From: Eledone cirrhosa
Lineage: Eukaryota
Length of the DNA stretch: 64,000 nucleotides
Assembly: GCA_964016885.1 (NCBI GenBank)
Contig: OZ024743.1
Coordinates: 123,814,001-123,878,000 of the forward strand
Reading direction: 5' to 3'
Position 1 is the stretch's first letter; each line of letters begins with the position of its first letter. The notes below the pieces were generated by a model. That model did no database searches. It saw only the letters and a program-made list of their open reading frames with translations, and was not told where the DNA came from. Both the position numbers and the translations under genes were made by a program. Below, one piece after another: positions 27,186 to 41,454 of the stretch.

Positions 27186-27819
27186 ATTAATTTGCTAAAA
27201 CTGTGGAATTTCATACACGCTGATATAAGTATTTGTTTTTCTAAAATTCTAGTAACCATGAATTGACGAAGAAAACATAAGTATTACATACGCACACATC
27301 TACGTGATGACTGAGGAAGGAAGAGGAGTGAGAAACTATAGAAGTCCAGCATTCTAAGATTCGTCACAGCTGTATGTTTGTACCACTTGTGTGAGTGAGC
27401 GAGAAGGAACCAGCCAACCAACAAACAAACAAACATCTCTTTTTTATATTATGTATAAAGTAGGTCTAATCAACCATAATACCATGCTGTGTGTGTTTAA
27501 TATTTATATGTCATTTGTGCATATATTCCGTACACTTATGTAATTATCTCCTAGAAATAACTTCGTAAAGTATTATTCTCATCTTTAATCAATTTCGTGT
27601 GCTACTATACAACATATCGACATAAACTATAGGGCTTATTTTACGCTAACCATTAATTTATCAAAACGTAAATTTCCCAGTCTGTATGATTGTTCATACA
27701 CCCGGTAATCTTGGTACCAGTTGACCCCAGTCATTTACTGATACTTTAATTTATTGACCCTAGAAGGATGAAAGGGATGGTTGACCTTCGTGTGTTTTGA
27801 ACTTAGAAATGTTTAATTA

Positions 27820-27883
27820 CCGTATTTCCCGGCGTCGAAGACTCTACTCGAGGACGAAGCGTCTTCGGCGCCAGGAAATACGG
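27820..27883. mobile_element. 64-bp Tc1/mariner-pogo-type MITE with TA target duplication, inside a SINE relic
   Basis: TA|CCGTATTTCCCGGCGTCGAAGAC..GTCTTCGGCGCCAGGAAATACGG|TA; about 23-bp TIRs. Confidence 0.75.
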
Positions 27884-28183
27884 TAAATGCCGCAAAGCTT
27901 TTTGTATGACACTCTACCAATACTGCTGGTCCAACGCCTTCTCATAGTGATTTCTGAAATTGGGCAGAACGTTATACAATACTTTCATAATTTCTAAACA
28001 TGGACACGTCATATATTATAATACGATTTCTATATGGGCATAATTGTACTGTATCAGATTTGACCACGTACTACACAACAATTAGAGAAACAGTTGTAAG
28101 AATGTGACCTTCTCGCGCTCTCTTTATATAATCTAATCTCTCTCTCTCTAGCTTTCTTGCACTCTCTCTCCCTCTATTCTCCC

Positions 28184-28227
<44 letters not shown>

Positions 28228-28364
28228 CTCTCTCCCGCTCTCTCCTCCCCGTACGTCAGAACGGAGCCCCTACGACCCCATCAGGAAATAAGGGCTTTTT
28301 ACTTTTATTAATATTTCAATGACTTAGGAGTTTGAATAATCGAAGAATCATGGAATTCAGTGTT

Positions 28365-28465
28365 ATGTTGACTTTGCCTTTCATCCTTACGGGGTCGATA
28401 AAATAAAGTACCAGTAATGCACTGGGCAATTGCTGGCCTTATGCCTAACGTAGAAACAGTTATGT
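28365..28465 (+). mobile_element. SINE 3' part
   Basis: gactttgcctttcatccttacggggtcgataaaataaagtaccag. Confidence 0.75.
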
Positions 28466-29579
28466 TGATAGTCAGCGTTAGAGTGAAGTTAAACATAACG
28501 ATTATTGTTGGAGTTTGTCATTCAATATGAGAATCTGAGTTAACTAAGGCGGAGATCAGCTTCCGTAGAAGCTTAGGTGATGGTAGTGGTGGTCATTGTT
28601 ACACAGAATATTAAACTACTCTCAAGGAGCAGTATTACAGTGGAGAAAGAAAATAGAGTTAAGTTAAAAAAGAAAGAAAAACAGTAATTTCTTTGGGAGA
28701 AACAAGCAGATTTATGAAATAGTTGTTACACAGGTTCAATTACAAATGTATTCCAGGCCTCAAACATCTGCCTATATTCATAAAAAAAAATCTTATAAAC
28801 TTGATTAGGAGGTGGAGCAAGCTTATTACATTTTTTTTTATTAGGGATATAAAATATGTGTGTGTATATCTGTATGTAGTTTATCTGTGCCATTATATCT
28901 GTGTACGTATGTGTCTGTGTGTATGTGTGAGTGTGTGTGAGCATATGCGAGCGTGTGTATGTGTTTAAATCTATATTTCTATGTATTTATACGTATATAT
29001 GCCTGTATATGTGTCTCTGGATGTGTGTGTAGGTATGTTTTCACAGTTTCCGCTCAATCAATTTCTGAAGCTAAATTACTTCAATAAAGTTAATATAACA
29101 TTCAGAAATGAAAGTAAAATTTCACAACTAAATCCCTTTTTTAATTAGCCTGTCAAGGCCGCCAAAGTCTGTATAAGGAAGTCTGCTGAATTAACATGCT
29201 CTATAAAGTCATAGTTTGTACACATATATTCACAAGCAAATATATTCATATGTATATCTTGACTGTCTTTTGAATAATTTTATTTTGATATTGAAAGTGT
29301 ATACATACACATACATGAAGAGAGAATATAATTACATAATATATTACACACAGGAACAAACACATGTACTTCAGTGAATATGAATATATATGTGTGTCTG
29401 TGTCAGTGTGTGTGTGCGCATATGTATGTGTAAATATATATGTATATATATATATATGTGTGTGTGAGTGTGGGATTTTAAATGTATATGAATGAGTGTA
29501 TAAATCTACACATGTACACACAAACATACATACACTGCTATATACCAAGATATACATTTGTGTATATGTAGGTATATAC

Positions 29580-29625
<46 letters not shown>

Positions 29626-30359
29626 GGCGGGCATGTGTGTGTGCGTGTGTGTCAAACGTATTACTCTGTATCCTTTGAACATCAACAGCGAGACATGGGG
29701 GATTTCTGGTGCCTGGACCACACAGGATCTCCAGAATTCCAGCCCAGGGTTTTTTTCTGGAGAGGCACTTCAGTCCCACTGTAAAAACCGGCAGCAACAA
29801 CATGGGTGGTAGTCTATTATAAGGAAGTAAAATGACCATGCCTACGCTACAAGTATGTCTGTAGGCGTGAAAATGAAAGCTAGTGACATCCTCCCAAAAT
29901 GCTGGGAAGCATCCGCAGGAGGTTACAACAAATGGAAACATGGCATAAAGGTAGACATGCTGAAGAGTAACCATAGAAATGTGATAAGGTGAAAAGGTGA
30001 CAAGTGAGGTGACATCAGTACCACCACAGCCAAATACAGTTTTACCTATAAAAGCTTCCACAGAGTATGCCATCCATGAAATTGGACTGTAGAGTCTTCA
30101 CAGGTATGATGTCCAAATCATGACTGACCAATGGCGCAAACTTCATTTTCTCTGGAGACAAACAGATGCCAGAGACAGATGCCAGAAATATGTATATAAA
30201 GTCATTCATAAACATGTAGATTCTTTGTTTTTTGTGAGTGTGGGTATATGTACACGTGCATTTATCTGGGCTGCATCAGTGTGTAGTGAAGTTTTACATA
30301 AGATATTAATATCTTGCGCAACAATTTTGTATATTTGTGTGGAAAGCCAACCTATGTGT

Positions 30360-30638
<279 letters not shown>

Positions 30639-30753
30639 GTTAATTTTGCGGGAAAATAATTAAGTATAATGAAATATATATATATGTATATATATATGTA
30701 TATATATATGTATATATATATATATATATATATGTGTATATATATAGAGAGAG

Positions 30754-31030
30754 AGAGAGTGGGACTGGTTTTGTGCAGTGCCTTTGCTCACTATAAAAGC
30801 TTCACGGCACAGGCATTACTTTATATCTGGAGATCTCTCTGCACTTGTCGTTACGTGGTACCATGGGCCCAGCACTATGTGTCAATAATTGTCACAAGTG
30901 TAGTGTTTGTACCAGAGTTTTCAAGTCGCTGGCTGGACTAAAAAGTCACACTCGTTCAGCGCATCGGTAGGGGTTCTCCTACATGGATATAAAGTAGTGG
31001 CCATACTCGAAAACGAGTTGGAAGCCACCA
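30754..31030 (+). mobile_element. 5'-truncated 605-bp retroposon copy, ending in (TA)n
   Basis: Reverse complement of 20481-20757. Confidence 0.82.
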
Positions 31031-31679
31031 TATATATATATATATTTCATTATACTTAATTATTTTCCCGCAAAATTAACTGTTTTATTACTGTATCATT
31101 AGAGTAGCTCTCTTCCCCTAGCACACATGCAATCGACTACAGATGCTCACCACTGGAGAATATAAAAGACTTTTATTTTCACTATTTACAAACAAAATCC
31201 TGCTGATGAGAATTTTGCCAGTGTTATGTATTCGCCTCAATAGAATACTTATAAAAGTATACATTGTATAATGGTCCTATGTTTCTTGTATATACAGCTG
31301 AAATGTATTTCTGTTTAATCGGAGATAATATGGGGCTAAACAAAAAACAGTACCACCTACAACAGAGCCTATATATGATCGCTCACGCTCATAGCATCCA
31401 GACATCCCTAAACAAAGAGTATATATATCTTCCTCTCCCATCCAATATTTTTCTTTTAATATTTGTAAGAATGATTGAAGCGAAAAAATATTTAGCATTC
31501 ATACGATTGAAATATATAAATAGTGAAATTAATTTGAAGATATATAACTATAAAATGATTAAAGTACACATGAACCTGAAAAAATTGCAAAAGTATTTCG
31601 TATGATTATCCACCTAAATCGATATTATGGAAAAGTAAGTTATCGGCAGATATCGTTGTCAATGGTCAAAGGTACCGTA

Positions 31680-32620
31680 TACAACAACTGAAACTAGCTT
31701 TGTTGTGTCATGAAATATTGCCCTAGCTAAACATCCAATATTCTGCTAGTAGAATATAATTCTCGTTGTTGAAGTGTTAGATAAAAAAAAAACACAAAAA
31801 CCTCAACGAGTAATAGCATAAACAATAGTCTAACGCCATACTACCGAGTAGACTATCTTCCAGGTCAATGCTAATGCTGCAGGTAAAATGGAAAATGATT
31901 TAAAGAATTTCCTTGTATTCAGTTTAGTTCTCGAGGAATCTACAGACATAAATGACAACCCACAACTGGCAGTATTTGTTCATTGTTTCCTCTGATGTAA
32001 CTGTAGATATGGTAGTAATAAACGAAACAATAAAGAAACAACTCGTGGTGTTCACATTAAAAAGTCTGCTTGATAAAACCTTAACAAATGTTGATGTTCC
32101 ACTGAATAAACTCCTTAGTGTTGCGACAGCTGTAATAGTGGGAGAAATGCACGATTAATTGCAATTAAGGTAATCCTAGTTTTCCAAATTTGCTCCTTGT
32201 TCATTGTATTATTCATTGTGAAAGCCGTGCAGCGAGATAATTCAAGTATGAAGATGTTATGAAATCTGTTTTCGGAATTATCATTTTCATATGCTTGAAT
32301 GAGAAGACCCATGGACATTTCAGAAATTTCATTGAATAACTGGAGCTTGAAGATAAACATAGCGATGTCTCTACTGCATTGTCAAACAACAATGCCTTGG
32401 GTAAGTTTGCGTATTTGTTGGAACCTATTATTACAATTCATAAAGCAAATAAACGTTCCTGTCCTCAACTCAAAAGTGATGAATGGATGCAAGATCTAGT
32501 GTTCTTTATTGACATAATGAATCATCTGCAAATTCTCAACTTGGAACCTCAGGGGTGTATATATCAAATTGTTTCTGATTTTACTCAGTTTCAGAATAAA
32601 ATACCAGTTTTTCAGATATA
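31680..32620 (+). pseudogene. hAT (Buster/Charlie/SPIN, GTF2IRD2-like) transposase relic
   Basis: FSLVLEESTDINDNPQLAVFV, LNKLLSVAT, HCIIH, WMQDLVFFIDIMNHLQILNLEPQG across broken frames. Confidence 0.78.
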
Positions 32621-33570
32621 CACACGCATGCATATATTATGTATATTTGTATGTGTGTATGTATGTATGTATGTATGTATGTATGTATGTATGTATGTAT
32701 GTGTGTATGTATGTATGTATGTATGTATGTATGTATGTATGTATGTATGTATGTATGTATGTATGTATGTATGTATGTATGTATGCGTGTATGCATGTTT
32801 GTATGCACGTGTATGTATGTATATATATGTATATATATGTATGTATTTATGCATGTATGTATGCATGCATGTATGTATGTACCAATGTATGTATGTGTAT
32901 ATATATATTTGTATGTATGTATTTATCTACGTAAAAAATGTTGATTAGTGGTTAGGGTTTCGGCTCACGTTCGCAAGTTATTTGGATTTGCGGCAGTGTA
33001 TTGTGTCCTTGATAAATTTCATTTTCAGAGTGGTGATAGCCTGTTTTCCTTGTTCAGTTAGACCAATCACTTCAAAAATATATTCTTGCTTTTGTTAATA
33101 GAAATGCAAGGTTTTAATAAAGGTTCTGAATTGGCAAGGTCGCTAGGGCGTCAGATGAAATGCTTTACAATATTTATTTCGGTTCTCTGCGTTCGACGAG
33201 TTCAGATCTCGTCTCACGGCGGTCAACTGTACCTTTCATCCTTTTGAGGTCGATAAATATGTACCAGTCCAATACTATGGTCGATTCCTCCTCTATTTCT
33301 CTTACACACTTCTTCTCTATCACACTCTCTCTCTCTCTCTCTTTCACAAGGAGAAATTGCTTGTTTGCAAACCTTGATAGGGAATGGGCTCCGCCGAGGT
33401 TTAAAGTGCTCAAGATTCGTCGTACGTCAATACAGCACCCCTATAACTCTACAAGGAGTTGCGAGTCCATATATACAAGGTTTGAACATTTTTTTTATTT
33501 ACTTAACAAAAGGCGCAAACATTAATGTGTTAAATTTTTTTAAGACTTCTTTGGTCTGGCATGTTTATAT

Positions 33571-34115
33571 CTTTGTCTTTGACCAGCTATGATTTTCTGT
33601 ATGTTGGTACGTATATCTTCAGACACAGCTGCTTTAAGAAATTTATTTAGATGTATAATGTTTTCTTCCACGGATGATCTTGCAATTATTATTTCATCAA
33701 TGTATTTAAGCCAAAGATGTAGACTCAATAAAATACTTCAATGATCAGAATTTAATCCAATTACATTGGTGAGTAAAATACGTTGCTATATGTTTTCTTA
33801 TTTATAATACGAAAAATATATTTTGCGGCGCTTGAAGGTAAAAAATACATATTTGGCTCTTCTTATCTAACAACGTGCTACGCCTAATATAGAAAATATG
33901 CTCACAATTGCTACACTTGACATCGCAATTCTTTATTCATCTAATAACGAGGTATTGATCACCAAAGTTCTCAATGGAAAAATGAGATAATAACTGCAGA
34001 ATCATCCGTGGAAGAGCACATTATAACTCTAAATAAATTTAGCCATGTCTGTACGTACCAACATATAAAAAAAATCCTAGCTGGTCAAAGACAAATGGAA
34101 ATCCTTGGTCATCTG
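33571..34115. pseudogene. Two inverted relics of a Ty3/Gypsy-like RT segment (33571-33712 minus; 33985-34115 plus)
   Basis: YIDEIII..SVEE.I.HL and K.I.AGQRQMEILGH resemble YxDD..EEH..HL and KC..YLGH. Confidence 0.5.
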
Positions 34116-35094
34116 AGAGAGAATTGGACATAGATTCAAGTATTTAGTGCTCTAACAACGTCTGTGTGAAAGGTGAAACGGAAATTAAATAATCTCGAAT
34201 GTATAGTGAAAAATAAATGTGTATAGAATACCTTTAATCCTGCACATATCTATCTATGTTTATATATGCTAGGTGCTGCATATTTCACCAGCCAGCCAGC
34301 CAATGATATGTAGAATTATAGTTATGAGCTTGTATAGCAGCATGTGAGCTCAACACAAAACAAAAAGGGACGATAGAAGACGAAACAAACATGATTGTGT
34401 GTGGACACAGTATTCTGTCATTCCGTGGCTATAAAAACATAAAAAATATTCAGCTGGGCAAAGAATAAATTAAAGAAAATTTGAACGGGCTCGGGAACGT
34501 AATATAGATAATAGACAGACATGTGCTTCACACCACATATCTTAATTCATCTAAAAACTAAGGCAGAGTTATGTCTTGTATATTGTATACATATCAATCT
34601 TGTATATACAGTAAACATGTGAGGGGGAACATAAAACAAATGCGACGAGTGGCGAGGACAAAACGAATGTTCTAACTCATGACTAACTTACATAATATTG
34701 AGATATTTGAGTGAATATATATTTCAAGTTTAGAATTTCAATGTAATTCTCTTTGAGTTTCTCACAAAAAGCGGCCTCCTAGTGAGAATTTTGTATAAGT
34801 AATTTATATTGAATTGCTTAATGTACTTCCTCTGTGTAGGTTCCCACAAAAACCAATGCAGGATTCTTTCTTTGATAAATTATGTCAATAAATATATACA
34901 ATTTTACATTCCTATGTATTTGAGGCTTTTAGTTGTGGTTGATGTTTAACCACAGGACAGCCTGATCGAGCAGATTTCATGATCTGACCTGCTCCTCGTT
35001 TATCAGGATAAGACTATATTATGTAAGATATTTTCTCTGTTTAAAGCAGCGGTGTGTGATTTGCAGGTATGTTAGTAGATGGAGAGGTAGTTAT

Positions 35095-35095
<1 letters not shown>

Positions 35096-35169
<74 letters not shown>
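35096..35169. repeat. (GATA)n at the 3' end of Tx1 copy C
   Basis: Direct reading. Confidence 0.97.
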
Positions 35170-35170
<1 letters not shown>

Positions 35171-35401
35171 ATTTCTATTTATTTGCCACGAGGGCACAAA
35201 AGAAGGGGACAAATACACAGTGGGGGAGTTTACATAAATCGAGTAAAGAAAAAAGGAATAACAATAATAATATAATAATAAAAAGTCCTCAAAAGGGAGG
35301 GGGCGTGTTCGGGATTGCACATACCCCCGAAAAGTGTGCAACCCTTTTCGCGGGGGAAGCCCAGAGAGGAGGCGCTCCCCCTTTCCTCTTCACTTCTTCA
35401 C

Positions 35402-38400
35402 CTACAGAACAATGTAGAGAGAAGGCCCATTTACACGAGCCATTCTCGCTTCTTTCACCCACCTTTCATAAAACTGTCTGGGGCCAAGCACTTCTCTCTC
35501 CATCCTGATCCTTCTTCCGAAGTGGTATCGGAAGAAGTAAACCAGGTGATGGCCGGAGAGAAAGTCACCCGACCTCAGACCTTTCAGGCGCGTCCACCAC
35601 ACAACCTCTTTCATCATGGCTATTACGCACAGAAAGACCGCCTCTGCTTCGTTTCTGAAGGGAGGCGGCGGCTTGATGTTCACCACAGACTCGGCGGTTA
35701 ATCGAATCGGCGCCACACGCGACAGCAGTCGTTCGACGTAGCCCCACAGATCGGCAACGCCCGGGCAGTGTACCAGTGCATGCGCAACGGTTTCCTCGTC
35801 GCGCACGCATCTGGGACAGATCTTTTTCGCTGGATCCCTGCCCGGGCGCCCGTGTCTGTAGAGCTTTTCTCGAACGGGCAGAGCCCCCCGGTAACACTGC
35901 CAGGCTAGGGACCTCTGGAAGTTGTCCATGGGTCCCGGGCCGAAAGTTCTACCGAACAGGCTGGCCAGTTCGTCCTCCTCCATGCCTAGCGACTCTCCAA
36001 GGGTGTCGTCGCCCCTGCTAGCCACCAGCCCTCTATAGAATGTCGAGGTGGATTCTCCACTGATAGTCGGGTCCGCTTGCCAGATAGACGTGAGCGCCTG
36101 GGCACACTCGGTGTGCCAGTTGCCCAGTTTTCTCGGTCTTTGCTTCACCCAGGATTGCAGCTCGGTGAGCGAGACGAGCTGTGGGAAGGCTCGCCTCACA
36201 AACGGGGCCCACACCGGCTGACCGGTGAGGAATACCTGTAGATGCCGTAGCCTCAATGCGTGCCTACGCATCAACAGCCACGGCATACCCAGCCCTCCTT
36301 TCGAAGGGTGCTGGCAGCAGATGGATCTCCTCACCATGGGAGGCCGCTTCTTCCAGAGGAACTGGAAGAGCATGCGTTCCATGATGGTGATCTTTTCCTT
36401 GGGGCAAGGCACGACGGTCAGGCGGTAGCAGATGACGGACGCTATGTAAGCGTTCGTCACCTCCGCCCGACCTTTCAGTGATAGTTTGCACTTGGCCCAC
36501 TTCTGGGTCAGCGCAAACACCCTGCTCGTCACCTCGCCCCAATTCTTCTCCACCTGGAGGTCCGGTCCGAACCAGACCCCGAGCAGCTTCACCGGGCCCT
36601 CCGTCCACCGCCCGACGACACCGTCTAACGGCATCGGTTTGCGCCTCCATGTTCCGAGTTGCAAACCGACTGACTTGTCCCGGTTCAGCCTAGCCCCCGT
36701 CAGCCTTTCGTATTCCTCCAGTAGGGTGGCGATCGCCCCGATTTCGGAGGCGTCCGCCACCATTACTGTTACGTCGTCGGCATAGGCCGAGACCGCTTTG
36801 TGCAATCCCGGTTACAGGGGGTATGCCCCGCAGCAACTCCAACTTCCGCAGCAGTTTCTCGAGAGTCAATACGTACAGAAGGGAGGAGAGGGGGCACCCC
36901 TGTCTGATGAAACGGCTCCGAGAGGTAGCCGTTTACTTTAATCCTAGAGTAGATGTTGCCACTGTGCATGGCAGAAATCCAGCCTCTGAAAACGGGTCCG
37001 AAGCCCGCCGCCGCTAGCACCGCATCCACATCCAGGTAACCATGGTCGACCCTATCGAACGCCTTAGATTGATCCAAGTTGATCAGGTCCCCACCAAAGC
37101 CGGGTTCGTTGCCAACCCTCTCTATGATGTATCGCATGAGGTGGAGGTTGTCGTGAATGGACCTGGACGGGATAGCGCATGTCTGCGCGTCTCCCACCAA
37201 ACCACCCACCACAAGCGCCAACCTCTTCGCCAACACCTTGGCCAAAATCTGTAACTCTGCATTCAGCAGAGTTATGGGCCTAAAGTTACTTAAGTCGTCC
37301 CCCTTGCTCTCGTCCTTCCTCACTAGCGTGACCACGCCCTTGGTCACTGAACAGGGAATTCTCCCGTTCTGTTGCCAGTTGCAATAGACAGCCTCGAGGA
37401 GTTCGGAGAACAAGGCCGGCATAGCTAGATAAAGTTCGTATGGTAGACCATCGAGACCCGGAGATTTGCGTCTGCTGCATTGGCTGAGCGCTTCCCCGAT
37501 TTCAGTGGCTGTGATTGGCCTTTCGCAGCACTCCACTTCGCCGCTCGAAAGACGCGGTAGACCGTCGAGGTATGGACCTAAGCCACATCCCCGACCGGGC
37601 TCCCGCCTCCTCCGAACAGTCGAGCAAAGTGCCTTTGAAAGGCCTCGCACATCCGCTCAGGTTCAAGGATCACCCGTCCATCCTGGTCTCGCAAAGACCG
37701 AATGGTGGATTTAATCCCACTCTTGGCTTCTGTCACCCGGGCCCAGCTAACAGCTTTGGTCCCCTCGTTTCCTAAAGCACGTATTTTACTTCGGACAACG
37801 CAGCCTTCGTGCTTCGCGTCAAAGAACTGGCTCAACGCCGTTCTCGCCGCTAACACTCTGGCTACGTCTCCGCTCCTAATCGCCTCTTCTAGTTTATCTG
37901 TTAACTCCCTTTCCTTCCTATTTCTATTCGCCGCTAGTTCCTTACTGTAACCTATCGAACTTACTCTAATCTCTCTCTTTAGAGATACCCCCCACCTACT
38001 GTTGACGATCGCTCCCGTCAACCGCATCTTAACTAAGCTACTAATCCGGTTCCTGTAATCTTTCTTTGCCGGCAAGGACAAGTTCATCTTCCAGTAACCG
38101 GGACCCTGTCTATGTGTTCTATCAAGGTTGACCACGCAGGTCACTAATTTGTGATCTGAATAGCCAACCATGATCAATTCTGGACAACTAAATACGTCCC
38201 TATCCTTACTCCTAACCAAAAACCTATCTAGGTACGATCTAGATTGTCCACTGCGGTTTGCCCAGGTCCAGGTTGGCGCAGTTAGACAATCTAGTCGAAA
38301 TCTATCGACCAGGTCGAATCGATCGAGTAACCCCTTGAGGCTGCTACACCCCCCTCTATCGGGACATGCCCCTGCATAGTCCCAACGCGCATCTAGGATT

Positions 38401-38834
38401 CCATTCCAGTCCCCCACTAAAAGCAGGGAACGCGACGTTCCTAGAAAAGTCTCCAGACGCTGGAAGAAGTCGGCTCTTTCAGCCCCGAAGGGGGCATAAA
38501 GACCGACCAGTCTGAAAGCCCCGCCTTCACCGCCTCCGACGTCCAGCACCAGTAATCGACCCCCCGGGTCCGAGTGAACAATCTGTACGTCGAGAGCCAG
38601 ACGTTTATCCAGCAGTACGGCAACTCCCCCCCCCCCGCCTCCGGGTTGACAGAGAGATGCGTGCATCTCAAAGTCATCGAAGGCGGGAGCCAGCTGTCGC
38701 ACGCTGCTGATCCGACTCTCGCAAACAACCATCACATCTATACTTCGTGACCTGAGGTCACTTAGTAGCTTTGCTTGCTTCCAAGCTGAGCCCAGGCCAC
38801 GCGCGTTCAAACAGCCAACTCTCAATTGATCTAT
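35402..38834 (-). pseudogene. Copy C ORF2 (APE, RT, CxxC..H..C), frameshifted; start codon apparently ATG>ATA
   Basis: Pieces 37578..38825, 36769..37650, 35402..36805; YADD; CPRC..ETVAHALVHC. Confidence 0.93.
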
Positions 38835-40656
38835 TTTGGTGTTGAAAGTGAAGAAAGAAAAGCACCTACCTCTCCGGGTTGTGTAATTTCCATGGCGTCA
38901 GGTGTGTTGGGTGGAGGGGTGTTTTGTGGTGGTGTGGGGGTGCCCGAGTGTGGTGGGGTTGGGGTGTTTGGAGTTGTGTCAGGGAGAGGGGAGGTTATGG
39001 GGAAATCTTTCAAGAGGACGCGATTTAACGGTTTTAAACAGGGGGGGGGCTCACGTCCTGTCTAAATTGTTCTTTTAAGGAACGATAAAGGTCCAGAGGG
39101 ACCTTTATCATTTTTAAATGGGTGAAGTTCTCTGTTGAGATAAAGTTTGGCCCTTCGGTCTGCACCAAAGGGCTATTGTTTATTAATTTAAACAGTTTTT
39201 TGTTTTCTTTATTTATATATGTGTATTGCAATCTCTTTTTTTGTGATGCTGTCAATGTTTCGGAGAGGGGAGGCGCAGATTTATTTTTGTTTGTTGAGGG
39301 TGGGGTGTTTTTTATTGGAGTTGGTGTTTGTGTGTGGGTTATTTGTGCTGTGCTGGGTGTGTGCTTTCTTTTTTTTCTTTTAACTTGTCTGAAGGCTTCT
39401 CCTCCTTCTTCTTCAGAAGTTGGGGGAAACTCTTCAGCGCTAGGTGGGAGGGACGTCGTGTCTGGTTGTTTTTTTTGCGGGAGGGGTAGATTTGTTCCTG
39501 TTTTTTTTATTATTTGTTTGGAATGCGTTTTGTGGTGGTGGTGGTGCTGTTTGTGTCGTGCTTGTGGTTGGTAATGGTGGTGGTGGTGTTTGTGTTGGTG
39601 ATGGTGGTGGTGATTTTTGTGTCGTGCTTGTGTTTGGTGCTGGTGGTGGTGATGTTTGTGTTGTGCTTGGTGGTGTTTGTATTTTGTTTGCTGTGTGTGG
39701 TATTAGTGTATTTTTGGAGGTGGGTGGTGTTGGTGTACTGTTTGTGGTGGGTGTGGGCAATAGTCCTTTTTGGGGGATACGTTTCGGGCAGTTAGCCTTA
39801 ATGTGTCCCCTTTCCGTGCATAAATAGCATGCTGGTCTTCTCCCCTCTACAATTATATCTATTGGGGTGAGCTCATCCAGCCAGATGCGATCCGGGATTT
39901 GTGCTATTCTTTCGGGCCTCATTTGGACTAGTAGGTCGAGGCCCATTCCCAGGAACGCATCTCCGGATGCCTTCCCCATTGACAGCACTGTGTCCTCGCC
40001 CATGTCTATGAAGCCAGCAATAGCCCACCAGAAGTCCATTGTGGGCAGCATTGTTTGTATTTTTACTCTCTGTGTTCTTCTACCCATGTAGGAGGGATAG
40101 AAGCTGTATGTTGTCGATGAGAGTGGGCTTAGGGAAAGCTTCTGCGCCGTTTCCTTGTCTTTTGTTAAGACCGAAATGCTGCCATAGAGTCGGTCCTTTC
40201 GTATGAAGAGAATATTCTTCATATAGTCTTTTAGGACCAACTCTATCTCCATTTGGCTGGGCTGTGCTGGCTTTCTTGTTTGGTTTAGGATTGTTCTGAA
40301 GAGAACTGTGTTCTCTGTTCTCGCTTTCTTGAATTCTGGGGGGGGGGGGGGGAGTTAATGGAAAACATTCCGTTCTCCCCCAAAACAATGTGTTTCTTTG
40401 CTTCGGCCAGTTTTTCTCTGGCGGCAGTTAGGTCTATTGGTGTAAATGTTATGGACTGTTTTGTTTTCTGGGCGAAAGTTGCCTTGTTGTTATTTGTATT
40501 ATTATTTTCTGTTTGTTTGTTTTCCGTTTGCTCATTTTCCGTAACATTTGTTTTTTCATTTTCCTTGTCTAATTTTGTTGTATTTATTTTTTGTTCTTCA
40601 GACTTGGGGGGCGTGGCAGAGCTAATGGCAGACATGTCTGCCATCTTTTCCGCCAT
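38831..40656 (-). pseudogene. Copy C ORF1, frameshifted
   Basis: CYLCTERGHIKANC knuckle; pieces 40285..40656, 39440..40252, 39034..39255, 38831..39013. Confidence 0.85.
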
Positions 40657-40890
40657 GCTGCCAAGAAAGAAATTTTACAGCAAAATAGATATTTATTTTA
40701 CCCCCTAAAAAGGGGGTAAATGTAAAAATGTTTCCCTAAATAACAGGGGTTAGTGTTCCAAATGTGTTGCACTGAAAGATTTATCTGGTACTTACTATAG
40801 TAAGGGTAAATCCCGATGGAATAGCGGAGCCGATGTGAAGCGTGTCTTACTCTATCAAGATAGATAGGTAGATAGATAGATAGATAGATA

Positions 40891-41230
40891 CATGATGGCT
40901 GCCCCCTCGTTATCGAGTATGGGCATTGCACGATATACCATTATTAATAATTATTAATTAATTCTATCGTGCAATACCTGTGCATGAAGATATTTTTAAA
41001 GTGAAGACAGACTGTGAACTGAGCCAATCCCACTCTCTGAGCGACAGTAGCTATAAACCGAAAAGAAGAAAGGATCAACATCATCGATAACTACTGAGCC
41101 GCAGGTTTTATATCGGAGTTATCCCAGTTTCCCGATTTGCCTTCTCCTAGAGAAAGGCTAGAGGTTCTTCATTCCCAGTGGTTTAACTGCGCGATCGGGT
41201 GTCTAGCCCTACTAGTTCTATGTCCCTGCG
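40891..41230 (-). mobile_element. 5'-truncated subfamily-2 non-autonomous retroposon, 3' end running into (TATC)n
   Basis: Matches 19771-20110; 3' hairpin ctcgataacgag. Confidence 0.72.
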
Positions 41231-41454
41231 CATATACATACACATGCACCATGTATATACACATATATGTATATGTGTATACATATGTGTATATCTGTAT
41301 ACATATGTGTATATATATGTATATGTGTATACATACATATGTATGTGTATACATACATATGTATGTATGTATACATACATACATACATACATACATACAT
41401 ACATACATACATACATACATACATACATACATACATACATACATACATACATAC

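Larger units (their letters stand above)
35170..40858 (-). mobile_element. Tx1/L1-clade retrotransposon copy C, full length, (GATA)n on both sides
   Basis: ORF1 and ORF2; 3' GGCAAATAAATAGAAAT then (TATC)n; 5' (TATC)n at 40859-40890. Confidence 0.95.

Noticed and set aside
29690-30330. Higher-complexity island as a gene or element
   Set aside because: No recognisable motifs, termini or second copy in the window
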